Positions 48,349 to 57,539 of a stretch of 62,365 bases of DNA are shown here, in pieces (position 1 is the first letter of the stretch; each line of letters starts with the position of its first letter). The position numbers and the translations under genes were made by a program. Origin of the DNA: a virus. Lineage: Duplodnaviria; Caudoviricetes. Under the pieces are notes generated by a model. The model made no database searches. It was not told where the DNA came from and worked only from the letters and a program-made list of their open reading frames with translations. The DNA lies in the IMG/VR virus record IMGVR_UViG_3300044632_002565, positions 1 to 62,365 of that record; one strand, 5' to 3'.

Positions 48349-48604
48349 AGGATGGACAATTGTTCGAAACCATGAAGAATTCGTAGAATTTATAAATATA
48401 AACGGTCTTCCAGAAGAGGTTTCTTTTGACCATGACTTAGGGGAAAATAAAAAAACAGGGTATGATTGTGCAAAATGGTTATGTGAATATTGTTGGACTA
48501 ATGGACTCCCTGTCCCTGATTGGAATGTTCATTCCGCAAATCCTGTTGGTCGTGATAATATTATATCTATTCTTACAACCTTCCAAAAAAAACTGAACGA
48601 TTAA
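48299..48604 (+). CDS. Cyclic-phosphate-processing receiver domain protein
   Basis: LYLDDIR, VSFDHDLG, TGYD, VHSANPVG. Confidence 0.85.
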   Translation: MKKIKLYLDDIRNPKTEGWTIVRNHEEFVEFININGLPEEVSFDHDLGENKKTGYDCAKWLCEYCWTNGLPVPDWNVHSANPVGRDNIISILTTFQKKLND

Positions 48605-48642
48605 AGGTGGGATTATTCCCACCTTTTTCGTATTTATGGAAG

Positions 48643-49275
48643 ATGGAATCTCAATTTGAAAGTTTAGATTTGAAGGAAATTGCAAGCATTGCAAAAATTT
48701 GTTTGGAAAAGGGTTTGAGATTTAACGAACCATTCCTTCAAAATAATTATGATATTTTATATTCGGTCTCAAAATTGTTCGGTAATTCCCAAATTGATAG
48801 TTTTGATGTTGAATATATTTGTGCATTTACACTTGAGAACTATCATTTATTACAAAATTGGATTGATAAAAACAATTCCTATGATTCCATATCAAAGAAA
48901 CTAAGAAAACCCAAGTTAAAAAAATTTCAAGTTTACTACAAAGTATCTTCGAGAGAATTCGTGATTGAATATTATAAAACTGATTGGGATTCATTCAATA
49001 AAGACTGGGTTGAGGAGTCAATTCAAGAAACTTTATCATCTGGTGGGTGGGACTATTATCGTGAAACTCCAATCGAAAGAGAAGTTATAGATTCTGATAG
49101 ACATGAATTTGAAATTCAATCGGTTGAATCTTATAAAGATTTAGGATTAGAAAGTGTTGAAAAGAATATAATAAAGTTACTTTCTGAAAATACAGAAAAA
49201 ATTGTTGGTAATTTAGATAGAAATTCCCTTATTAGAATTAGAAAAATAATTGATTCTAAATTAAAATCACTTTAA
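48643..49275 (+). CDS. Hypothetical protein
   Basis: TATTTAT at 48631; start moved to ATG 48643. Confidence 0.65.
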   Translation: MESQFESLDLKEIASIAKICLEKGLRFNEPFLQNNYDILYSVSKLFGNSQIDSFDVEYICAFTLENYHLLQNWIDKNNSYDSISKKLRKPKLKKFQVYYKVSSREFVIEYYKTDWDSFNKDWVEESIQETLSSGGWDYYRETPIEREVIDSDRHEFEIQSVESYKDLGLESVEKNIIKLLSENTEKIVGNLDRNSLIRIRKIIDSKLKSL

Positions 49276-49479
49276 TTTTTCCTCTTTAACTAAGTCCCCT
49301 AAAGTTTTTTTCTTCTTATTTGATGGATGTTGAAAACCCCTCTTATACTTATATTCAACTTCTATGGGACCGTTTGTGGTTTTATTTGAATTATATTTCC
49401 AAATTGAAATTGTGTCCTCGTCTTCGTAAACGACCTCCCATCTAGTCGGTTTCGGTTCAGGTTTTTTTTCGAATGGCAT
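49267..49479 (-). CDS. Hypothetical protein
   Basis: TATATTTG -7 element upstream. Confidence 0.65.
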   Translation of the reverse strand: MPFEKKPEPKPTRWEVVYEDEDTISIWKYNSNKTTNGPIEVEYKYKRGFQHPSNKKKKTLGDLVKEEKLK

Positions 49480-49497
49480 GTTGCAAATATAGTAAAA

Positions 49498-50373
49498 TTA
49501 TTTTTCTTCGTATGATTCCATTCTCCATCTTCCGTTTTCCTTGCCCATACATACGCTATTACAAAATTTTGTATTCCTATAACAATTTATAAATGAGGTT
49601 TTAACTTGTACAGGAACCCAACCAATCCCATCATCAAATACTAAAAAATCAACCCCCAATGAGTCTGCAAAAGAGAAATCTCCACTAAATTTTATCACTG
49701 ATGAGAATGTTTTTTCTAATTCTCTGTAAGCTTGAATTTCAGAATTTTTTCCGATTCCATATGTGCCCTTTATTGTGTCCACAACACCTACAATTATTTC
49801 GTTATCAAACTCATTCAACGACTCCGCCAAATAATTCAAAACTAATTTTTGAAATATTGTCAAGTCCTGTTTGTAATCAGGTAAATCTTGCATATAAGTA
49901 CCTAAAAAATATTTGTTAAAACAAGATTCAAAACTGTTTTTTGAACCATCTTTTTCTCTAAATTTTGTTAAAACGTAAGCCAAAGCGGAGTAATTTGTTT
50001 CCAACATACTCATCTCATCCCAAACAAATTTTTCATTTAACTCTTTGAGGATTACAAATTTGGAAGATAAATTCACCTTGAAGTCCTCGAATGTTTCTTT
50101 ATTCAATTCACACTGTTCTGATAATTTTTCCTCCAAGGTTCTAAAGTTTTCAAAATTTTTTTTGAAGTATTCGTCATCTTCTTTTACATATTTGATTTTT
50201 TTTGAGATTACATCGTTTACATCCATTATGACAATAAAAGCAACATCACTCAAAAGTCTTTTGACGTCTTTCATCTTAAATTTTATTTTTCTTGATGCAA
50301 GTTGACAAAAATCTTTTTCTTCTGAGTGAATATCAAATCTGTTGCACCCCCATTGAGTTCTTTTATCTGACAT
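49498..50373 (-). CDS. Protein with possible C-terminal PD-(D/E)xK nuclease-like domain
   Basis: E...D.LGVDFLV...VPVQVK. Confidence 0.55.
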   Translation of the reverse strand: MSDKRTQWGCNRFDIHSEEKDFCQLASRKIKFKMKDVKRLLSDVAFIVIMDVNDVISKKIKYVKEDDEYFKKNFENFRTLEEKLSEQCELNKETFEDFKVNLSSKFVILKELNEKFVWDEMSMLETNYSALAYVLTKFREKDGSKNSFESCFNKYFLGTYMQDLPDYKQDLTIFQKLVLNYLAESLNEFDNEIIVGVVDTIKGTYGIGKNSEIQAYRELEKTFSSVIKFSGDFSFADSLGVDFLVFDDGIGWVPVQVKTSFINCYRNTKFCNSVCMGKENGRWRMESYEEK

Positions 50374-50435
50374 AATAGAATAAATACCCTAATAAAATAA
50401 AAATCCCCTCCTTACTGGTGGGGATTTCAATTTCT

Positions 50436-50687
50436 TTACTCTTCTGTAGATTCGCCTTTTGATTTGTTAATCCATTTGTCAACAGAACCGATTCCAAAAG
50501 AACCTAAAACTAACCACATGAATGCATTAAAAATGAATTCGTTGATTACTAGGTCTTTACCTAAAGAACCAGTTACGATGTCCGCAATTGCAAAACCAAC
50601 CATCATAACAAATGCTAAAAAGCCTACAACACTCTTTTCATTGATTGAGTTGCTGTCGTTGAATAAATCGTGGAAAAATTTTTTCAT
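50436..50687 (-). CDS. 2-TM membrane protein, holin-like
   Basis: Two TM helices, charged C-terminus, TATTTAT upstream. Confidence 0.55.
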   Translation of the reverse strand: MKKFFHDLFNDSNSINEKSVVGFLAFVMMVGFAIADIVTGSLGKDLVINEFIFNAFMWLVLGSFGIGSVDKWINKSKGESTEE

Positions 50688-50761
50688 AATCTTGGTAATT
50701 TACTTACCAATAAATATTCCAAAAAGTATTGATTTTGATATTTTGAGAAAATTTTATGGAT

Positions 50762-50790
50762 AAAAAAAGGGAGACACCGTCGTGTCTCCC
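50762..50790 (-). terminator. Intrinsic terminator
   Basis: GGGAGACAC-GACG-GTGTCTCCC-TTTTTT on minus strand. Confidence 0.8.
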
Positions 50791-51068
50791 AAAGCCCCCG
50801 TCAGAGCGAATTGGTCAAATTTTAGTGGACTGGGATTTAAGACCTGATTAGTAACCCATCATGAGTGGACAACTCTTGTTTTTATTTAACGACTAAAAAC
50901 GTCCGAAAAGTCTTTGGTTGTTTGTTTATTCAGGATGAAACAGGAATTTTCCTTTCCGCATAAACCTCCCGTGTTTTGATTGACACTACATTTCTAATTT
51001 ATAGAGCGGAGAAGAAAGTTTGTCGGGTGAGTATGGGGAACCACCACTGAAGAAACATTCCGCTGTCC
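50791..51068 (-). ncRNA. Candidate structured ncRNA of about 280 nt
   Basis: Own -33/-7 promoter, terminator, many stems, no credible ORF. Confidence 0.55.
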
Positions 51069-51148
51069 TTTTTTTTGTAAAGATAAGAAAGATTTTAATG
51101 CCTTCCAAATCTTTTGAAGAAAATTCAGATAAAAATCTGAAAATTTCG

Positions 51149-51237
51149 TGGTTGGGGGTGGAGTCGAACCACCGGCACAAGACTGTTCAGGTCCTTGCTC
51201 TACCTAAACCCTAAAGAGTTACTGAGCTACCACAACC
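51149..51237 (-). tRNA. Atypical tRNA-Phe(GAA)
   Basis: AGGAC-CT GAA CA-GTCTT; GGTTCGACTCC; enlarged D-loop; bulged acceptor; own promoter. Confidence 0.75.
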
Positions 51238-51295
51238 AAAATGTCTTACAAAGATAAGAAATCTTTTCAGACTACCAAAAATTGTAAGAACTTTT

Positions 51296-51340
51296 TTTAT
51301 CCGAGTACCGAGTATCTTTCATCGCCTGTAAGTCCCGAAT
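51296..51340 (-). ncRNA. Candidate small RNA of about 45 nt
   Basis: Directly downstream of TTTG-N20-TATCTTTG promoter; ends TCGGG/CTCGG pair. Confidence 0.35.
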
Positions 51341-51386
51341 TGTTACACAAAGATAAAATAAAAAAGAATAATAATCAAAATTAATT

Positions 51387-51593
51387 TCAGAGCGAGTCCC
51401 AAAAAATTTGTTTCCACTCCTCTAATTCAGCTGCAGTAAAACCAACTGTAAGTCTTGCTTGAGAGATTATAAAAGAAGTTGATGATGTGTCAACCAATAT
51501 CCTGAAAACAGTGTCAATCGTTTCGTAAGTCACTATTTCTGTATGACCGCTTTGTAAATAATCACAAAATTCTTGAATTGTATAAACTATCAT
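51387..51593 (-). CDS. Hypothetical protein
   Basis: TATTTAT upstream. Confidence 0.6.
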   Translation of the reverse strand: MIVYTIQEFCDYLQSGHTEIVTYETIDTVFRILVDTSSTSFIISQARLTVGFTAAELEEWKQIFWDSL

Positions 51594-51611
51594 AAAAATA
51601 AATATTACGAT

Positions 51612-51902
51612 TTAACTAATCCCATCTAAATATTTTTTTATAGTTCTACGAATTTTTCTTTCTCCTAAAGAATCCCATAATTTGTAAACAATATCATAGA
51701 TTTTTGATACCAAATATTTTTTATTGTTTTTCAATAACCTTGTTTTGTCATCAATCTTAATGAATTTTATAGGTTCTTCCATCCAATCATGTTTTATTTC
51801 TGTAACAGGGAAGTGCCTTTTGAGATGTAACAATAAATCGTCGGAGGTATCTCCTGAGTACTTGGATAAAACTGATTTTTTTTCTTCGTATATAGAATTC
51901 AT
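51612..51902 (-). CDS. Hypothetical protein
   Basis: Start moved to MNSIYEEK. Confidence 0.65.
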   Translation of the reverse strand: MNSIYEEKKSVLSKYSGDTSDDLLLHLKRHFPVTEIKHDWMEEPIKFIKIDDKTRLLKNNKKYLVSKIYDIVYKLWDSLGERKIRRTIKKYLDGIS

Positions 51903-51941
51903 ATTATCAAATATATATCTATTTATAAAAAAATTCAAATT

Positions 51942-52073
51942 ATGGCAAAAGGTTCAAAATCAGCAGTGTCTTCAAGAAAAATTACTTTCGGTAAAAGAAA
52001 AGGGGGTAATGCAAAAAAATCTTATAACAAACACTCACCAAGACCCAAGGCTTATCGTGGTCAAGGAAGATAA
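51942..52073 (+). CDS. Small basic phage peptide ending YRGQGR (43 aa; not in ORF track)
   Basis: MAKGSKSAVSSRKITFGKRKGGNAKKSYNKHSPRPKAYRGQGR; TATTTATA at 51920. Confidence 0.75.
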   Translation: MAKGSKSAVSSRKITFGKRKGGNAKKSYNKHSPRPKAYRGQGR

Positions 52074-52110
52074 GATTACTTTATTTTTTTTTAAATTATA
52101 ATTTCTCATT

Positions 52111-52395
52111 ATGGATGAGAAAAAAAGATTTATTCGTCTTTTGGAATTGTACATAAATGGTCACAGGGGGTATGCTATTGAACAAATGTACGGGAAAGGA
52201 ACTACTATTAGAATACATAATGTAATTTTTTCTCCAACACAAAAATCAGTGGTGGTTGAGGCGGTTATAATTTTGGGTGATTTAATTACTGAGGACGTTT
52301 TGGATAGGGAGTTAGCGGATGTTTTGATTCAAGACGCAATCCCTTTATTTTTTTCAGATTACAGTGTCAAAACTATGGTAAGATGGGACGTATGA
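52111..52395 (+). CDS. Hypothetical protein
   Basis: 94-aa ORF. Confidence 0.65.
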   Translation: MDEKKRFIRLLELYINGHRGYAIEQMYGKGTTIRIHNVIFSPTQKSVVVEAVIILGDLITEDVLDRELADVLIQDAIPLFFSDYSVKTMVRWDV

Positions 52396-52397
52396 AA

Positions 52398-52697
52398 TTA
52401 TCCTCTGAAATTTTTCAATAGTTCATTGTTTTCTCTCTGTAAAAATTCTACTTTAACCGCTAAAGCAGAAACTTGTTCTGTTAGCCTGAGTATCGTCGCC
52501 CTCATTTCGTCTTTTTCTCTCGATGATTCTTGTAATAAAACTTCAAGTTTTGAAATTCTATCTTTACAATCATGACGAATAAATTCTTCATCCTTTTCTT
52601 TTCTGATGGCCCTTTTTTCATAAAATCTCCAAGCACTCGCGGAACCCAATACAGTGATAATGGTAATAAGAACAGTCCAAAATGACTCTTGTTGCAT
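52398..52697 (-). CDS. TM plus coiled-coil protein
   Basis: VLITIITVLGSASAW then long heptad region. Confidence 0.7.
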   Translation of the reverse strand: MQQESFWTVLITIITVLGSASAWRFYEKRAIRKEKDEEFIRHDCKDRISKLEVLLQESSREKDEMRATILRLTEQVSALAVKVEFLQRENNELLKNFRG

Positions 52698-52873
52698 ATA
52701 TAAAAAATTTACTTTTAATAAATACAAAAAATAAAGAAAAAAATTTTTTTAAAAAAAAAGATTTTAGTGCGAAGGACAATAATTATTATTCTTATAGAAT
52801 AATAATAAAAATTAAATAGAATAGAAAAACTAATAATACTAGTTCTAGGAATTTTTCGGTTTTTCTTAGATGG

Positions 52874-53254
52874 TTAGATTTTAGACCACGTCATATCAGA
52901 GTTTAACACAACAGAATATAAAAAGGACTTCGACCATTCGGTGGGTCCAATGAGAGAGAGGGTCTTTGAGCCGTCAGAATTCTCATATAAGTGATATATC
53001 TCCCCGATTTTGGGTTCAAATTTGTATTGTGACTCATATACCTCCTGTTGAAGTAGGATTGAATTTTGAAGGGTTTCTGCGTCTTTAACGAGTTCGTCAA
53101 ATCTTTTCTTCACAAATCGGTCCACTTTGTTTAAACCGTGTTTCTTGAACGCGGTCAAATCTTGAGGTTCAATCTTTGGTGCACCTACATGTGTGGGGTA
53201 GGGAATTACCATCGGTTGTAAATTGACCTTATCTATATGTGATTGAGTTGACAT
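52874..53254 (-). CDS. DUF2452-like protein
   Basis: YPTHVGAP, Y.FEPKIGEIYHLY, LSLIGPTEW. Confidence 0.75.
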   Translation of the reverse strand: MSTQSHIDKVNLQPMVIPYPTHVGAPKIEPQDLTAFKKHGLNKVDRFVKKRFDELVKDAETLQNSILLQQEVYESQYKFEPKIGEIYHLYENSDGSKTLSLIGPTEWSKSFLYSVVLNSDMTWSKI

Positions 53255-53311
53255 AAAAAAAAATGTCCCGATATGGGACATCAATATAGTAAAAATATTT
53301 TATTATCCAAA

Positions 53312-53803
53312 TTATTCTCCTTTGATGATTTTTAAAGATTGTTTCAAGAATTCTTTCGCTCTTGGATTCAAACTTTGTAGAGAATATACCTTTTCGATAT
53401 CTTTTACTAACTCTTCTCCGTGTTCGTTTTCCTTGTACAGTTCTATTATCTTATCCATAGCTCTATTACATTCTTTCTTTGTTTCATCAAAATAATTATA
53501 AGGTTTATAAGCCTTTAAATTATCCATAATTTGATTAGCCAAATGAACACCACCGTCAGATACGTTTTTCAAAAGTCTGACAGATTTCAAGAGTTCTAAT
53601 TTGTCAACCAAACCACGAACACCATTTTTTCTCATTCTTATACCGTCAATATAATCATCATCTTCTTCATTTCCCATAATTTCCTCCAAAGTTTTTACAT
53701 TACCACTATGACAAAACTTTCTTTCTTCTTTGGGTTCCTCCATCAGATATAATTTTCTGATTTTGTTTTTTTCTTGTTCAGAAACTATAAATCTTTTACT
53801 CAT
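53312..53803 (-). CDS. Hypothetical protein with VSEQEK leader
   Basis: TATTTATA immediately upstream of ATG 53803. Confidence 0.7.
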   Translation of the reverse strand: MSKRFIVSEQEKNKIRKLYLMEEPKEERKFCHSGNVKTLEEIMGNEEDDDYIDGIRMRKNGVRGLVDKLELLKSVRLLKNVSDGGVHLANQIMDNLKAYKPYNYFDETKKECNRAMDKIIELYKENEHGEELVKDIEKVYSLQSLNPRAKEFLKQSLKIIKGE

Positions 53804-53823
53804 GTCTATAAATATATCTTCAA

Positions 53824-54537
53824 TCAAAATGTTTCATGTAAAAATTTTTTCCTACTTTCATCGTTGATTTCATCAGTTGTAAAAGAAAAGGGGTCATAGT
53901 CGCAAATAAAAAATAACTTTTTTTGGTATTGATAAACTTTATTAGCACTTTCAAAAGAATAAACTTCATTGAAACTGAAAGGCCGGTTTATTTTGAAATT
54001 GTTATTATAAATCATCTCTTGGATTTGACCAGATTCCCACAAATCACTTTGTGTTATAAAATCAATTTTTTGAAAATCCTCGACCATATTTTCGGTTCTT
54101 ATAAAAAAATCTGGAATTCTATTTTCAAAATTCAATGAGGAAATATAATCTTTCACAGGTTTTTCTCTTTCTAAATTGACAATTTTATCGGTCAAAATAG
54201 CGTAGTGATAAAGTTCTTCAACAAAATAGTTGAAACGTTTTATAAATTTTTCTTTGGAATCTCTTGTAAAGACTGAATTTATCCCCACTGAAGTAAAATT
54301 TAAATATAATCCCAAAACTCTATCGTAAGGATTACGCATATTACAAATTATTTTATAATTCTCACAACCCTCAGGTATGTTTAAATCATGAGAGTGATAC
54401 GGGTCACATAATTTTTTGTAATTATTTTTACCAACAAAATATTCAAAATTGTAATTTTTTAATATTTGTGCTGTCAATTTGGTTGCAGTCCTTTCTGGAG
54501 CCCACCAAATCATTTTATACTCATGAGATACGTTCAT
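53824..54537 (-). CDS. Sulfotransferase family 2-like protein
   Basis: PERTAT, MRNPYDRVL, DFFIRTENM.EDF. Confidence 0.7.
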   Translation of the reverse strand: MNVSHEYKMIWWAPERTATKLTAQILKNYNFEYFVGKNNYKKLCDPYHSHDLNIPEGCENYKIICNMRNPYDRVLGLYLNFTSVGINSVFTRDSKEKFIKRFNYFVEELYHYAILTDKIVNLEREKPVKDYISSLNFENRIPDFFIRTENMVEDFQKIDFITQSDLWESGQIQEMIYNNNFKINRPFSFNEVYSFESANKVYQYQKKLFFICDYDPFSFTTDEINDESRKKFLHETF

Positions 54538-54585
54538 AATTGAAAAAATAAGTTAAAAAAAGAATTTTTGAACGTATTTATTTTT

Positions 54586-55221
54586 ATGTTTAGACTATAT
54601 TTCATACTTACACTCCTTTTTTTCACTAATTTATGTTTCTCACAAGATACCGTAAGGTTAAAACATACAAATTACAATTCAGTTTACAGTAAATCAAAAA
54701 AATACCCTGTTTTAGTGGAATTTTGGGTTACGAAGAGTATGGTTGATTGTAAAACTCCCTTAAAAAGAAAAGATACCTTTAAGCCTGACCCACTTTTACC
54801 GAATGAAACAGATAATATGAAGGATTTTGTAAATAGTGGAACGGACAGAGGACACATGATGCCAGCAGCTGACAATTTATGTCAAACACAACTAATTCAA
54901 GATGAATGTTTCTATTTTACGAACATTGCCGCTCAATTTCATTCGTTGAATGCGGGAGATTGGAAGTCTTTGGAAGTTCATATTAGAGAAACGGCTAAAT
55001 TGAAGGATTCAATAATGGTTTGGTGTGGAAATTTTGGTGAATTGAAGAAAATTGGTAAAGTCACAGTACCAAAATATTGTTGGAAAGTTACTTTTATAAA
55101 GAAAGAAAACATGTGGTCGGCATTTCTATTCGAAAACTCACCTTCCAAACCTGACGGTTTCAAAAACAACGAGGTTAGTGTGGAAGAAATAACAAAATTG
55201 ACAGGATTTAAATTTCGTTGA
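54586..55221 (+). CDS. Secreted DNA/RNA non-specific endonuclease (NucA/EndA family)
   Basis: Signal peptide; F.PDP, DRGHM.PAAD, FYFTNI..Q..LN.G.W..LE, VP...WKV. Confidence 0.9.
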   Translation: MFRLYFILTLLFFTNLCFSQDTVRLKHTNYNSVYSKSKKYPVLVEFWVTKSMVDCKTPLKRKDTFKPDPLLPNETDNMKDFVNSGTDRGHMMPAADNLCQTQLIQDECFYFTNIAAQFHSLNAGDWKSLEVHIRETAKLKDSIMVWCGNFGELKKIGKVTVPKYCWKVTFIKKENMWSAFLFENSPSKPDGFKNNEVSVEEITKLTGFKFR

Positions 55222-55426
55222 ACAAAAATTTGTTCAGGTTATGTATTGTGTTAGCAGAATCGATTTTGTCATAACACAAATCCCACAAAGTTTTGTTTTT
55301 TATAAATGGATGTGGTTGTGTTTTAGCCCAATTTCTACCTGCATTATAATCCTCAACCGTCCAAGTTAGTTTTCTTGAAGGTTTTTTGGTAAATAAACTT
55401 TTGATTTTCAATAATATTTTAAACAT
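55208..55426 (-). CDS. Hypothetical protein
   Basis: 72-aa ORF. Confidence 0.55.
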   Translation of the reverse strand: MFKILLKIKSLFTKKPSRKLTWTVEDYNAGRNWAKTQPHPFIKNKTLWDLCYDKIDSANTIHNLNKFLFNEI

Positions 55427-55465
55427 GACACAAAAAACCCCTCATTTGAGAGGGGTTCAAATATT

Positions 55466-55660
55466 TTAATATAGTTTTTTAGTTTCGTTAAATACTCTTT
55501 TCATTTCGTGTTCTAAAAAATCGATTTTTTTCTGATTTTGGGGCGAAATATTTATATCCTCTGATTTTATCAATCTTACTTGTTCTTGTAATCTTTCGTA
55601 TTGTCGTAACAATTTGTTGTAAATTTCTGCTTTTTGGTTATTTGATAAATTTTGATTCAT
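55466..55660 (-). CDS. Small coiled-coil protein
   Basis: Start moved to MNQNLS. Confidence 0.6.
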   Translation of the reverse strand: MNQNLSNNQKAEIYNKLLRQYERLQEQVRLIKSEDINISPQNQKKIDFLEHEMKRVFNETKKLY

Positions 55661-55687
55661 AAACTTTTTTTTAAAAATAAAACACAA

Positions 55688-55972
55688 TTATAAACTTGTA
55701 AATTGGTCTTGAAATTTAGTTTGGTCGTAAATTTTATTAATTTTATTTGTTAAATTATAAAATTCTGCTTCTGATTCGGTTGAAATAGTTTTACCTGTCT
55801 TGAACATTTGTTTCAATTCATTTAGTTTGGAAATATTATCTTCAATAGAATCAATTAAATCGTTATTTCCTGTTGATGTTGAATAATTCATAGGTTGGAC
55901 ATAGATATCCAAATCCATAGCAGTTTCTAATAATTTGACTAACTGAGATTCTGAAATTATTATTGTCTTCAT
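55688..55972 (-). CDS. Small protein with ISESQL leader
   Basis: MKTIIISESQLVKLLE; TATTTAT upstream. Confidence 0.7.
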   Translation of the reverse strand: MKTIIISESQLVKLLETAMDLDIYVQPMNYSTSTGNNDLIDSIEDNISKLNELKQMFKTGKTISTESEAEFYNLTNKINKIYDQTKFQDQFTSL

Positions 55973-56008
55973 CTTGTATAATATTTATAAATAGTTCAAA
56001 AATCTGTT

Positions 56009-56410
56009 ATGGCTTATTCTGATAAAGTGTTAGACCACTACACAAATCCCCGAAATATAGGTACCTTGGATAAAAACAAGAAAAATGTTGGTACTGGTTT
56101 AGTCGGAGCACCAGAATGTGGCGACGTAATGAGACTACAGATTGAAGTCACTGAGGATGGCATTATTAAAGATGCAAAATTCAAAACTTTTGGTTGTGGT
56201 TCCGCGATAGCATCCTCGAGTTTGGCAACTGAATGGTTAAAAGGTAAAGATTTGGACGAAGCCATAAAAATCGACAACATGACTATTGTAGAAGAATTGA
56301 ACCTTCCACCGGTAAAAATTCACTGTTCAGTTTTAGCTGAGGACGCAATAAAAGCGGCCATAAACGACTACCGTAAAAAAAACGGTTATGAAGAAATACC
56401 AATAGAATGA
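56009..56410 (+). CDS. iscU: Fe-S cluster scaffold IscU
   Basis: GAPECGDVM, FGCGSAIASSS, LPPVKIHCSVLAEDAI. Confidence 0.97.
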   Translation: MAYSDKVLDHYTNPRNIGTLDKNKKNVGTGLVGAPECGDVMRLQIEVTEDGIIKDAKFKTFGCGSAIASSSLATEWLKGKDLDEAIKIDNMTIVEELNLPPVKIHCSVLAEDAIKAAINDYRKKNGYEEIPIE

Positions 56411-57204
56411 AAAAACTAATTTATTTATTAATTTTTTTACCATCTCTCGCTTTTTCTCAAGTGAGTTCTTGGCGTTCGTCACCACCATCCCAAAACACTT
56501 CATCTTCACAAAGAACAACCAGTTCATGGAGGAATGAATTACCCACGGAATTTAATAGACCAAGACAAACAACACCAACAATTGTAAACAATCACCCACC
56601 GTTCGGGTGGAGTAGATGGGAGTGGAATAGATGGGGTCTTTGGGGTGCACCTGGATTTGGTTGGAACTCTTGGTTTCCATTTGACTATTGGAATTCGTGG
56701 GGATACAGACAACCTGCACGAGTGTTTTTCTATGACAATGGAAGAAGAGACACAATTTTTGGTAAAAAACCTGTTTATAATTTTGGTTTACAAATCTCAA
56801 GTTTGAACCAAATTGGTGGTTTTTTTGCTGTGGGGACCAAGTCATACTTCATTATGGAGTACAATTCTACTTACAAAAGGGATAATTCTACTTTCTTCCC
56901 TTACGGAAACATAAACTTGGTGGATTTCCCTTTAGTCAATGATTTAGTTAAACTCAAAACATACTACGTGGGAGTGGGTAAAAGATTTAAAAGAACAGGT
57001 ATTCATATGATGGTTGGAGGAAAAAACGAAATAGTTAGATACAGAGGTAAAGATGATGTTGGTTACATTACTTTTCCCAAATATGATGATAATTCTATGA
57101 CAATTAAATTTGGTGTTCTACAAGATTTCAAAACTGTGAGTTTAAAAATGGATTATAATCCTATTATAAATAATTTTTACTTCGGATTAGGCCTTAATTT
57201 CTAA
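56407..57204 (+). CDS. Secreted/outer-membrane protein with Trp/Gly-rich region
   Basis: Signal peptide; C-terminal beta-signal FYFGLGLNF. Confidence 0.7.
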   Translation: MKKLIYLLIFLPSLAFSQVSSWRSSPPSQNTSSSQRTTSSWRNELPTEFNRPRQTTPTIVNNHPPFGWSRWEWNRWGLWGAPGFGWNSWFPFDYWNSWGYRQPARVFFYDNGRRDTIFGKKPVYNFGLQISSLNQIGGFFAVGTKSYFIMEYNSTYKRDNSTFFPYGNINLVDFPLVNDLVKLKTYYVGVGKRFKRTGIHMMVGGKNEIVRYRGKDDVGYITFPKYDDNSMTIKFGVLQDFKTVSLKMDYNPIINNFYFGLGLNF

Positions 57205-57206
57205 TT

Positions 57207-57539
57207 ATGGTAACAGTGACAAAAAATGCTAAAATGCACATTCTCAAACTGATGAATGATTCAGGTTTGGATACTGCAACTCATTTTTTACGAGTTGGTG
57301 TAAAAGGGGGAGGGTGTAGTGGACTATCCTATGTGATGGACTTCGATGATAAAAAAGATTCGACTGATGAAGTCGTTACTATTTCTGATGACCTCAAAAT
57401 TGTTATAGATAAAAAATCTTTATTATATATTTTCGGAACTGAACTCAACTACTCTGATGGGTTGAATGGAAAGGGGTTCGAGTGGGTCAATCCTAACGCA
57501 TCTCGTACTTGTGGTTGTGGTGAAAGTTTTGCACTCTAA
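57207..57539 (+). CDS. iscA: A-type Fe-S carrier (IscA/HesB)
   Basis: LRVGVKGGGCSGLSY, NPNASRTCGCGESF. Confidence 0.95.
   Translation: MVTVTKNAKMHILKLMNDSGLDTATHFLRVGVKGGGCSGLSYVMDFDDKKDSTDEVVTISDDLKIVIDKKSLLYIFGTELNYSDGLNGKGFEWVNPNASRTCGCGESFAL

Noticed and set aside
50791-51068. tmRNA or RNase P RNA identity
   Set aside because: No tRNA-Ala-like ends or tag ORF; no GAGGAAAGTCC-type P4 signature
50986-51214. Track ORFs 50986-51180 and 51020-51214
   Set aside because: Overlap tRNA-Phe, promoter and ncRNA candidate
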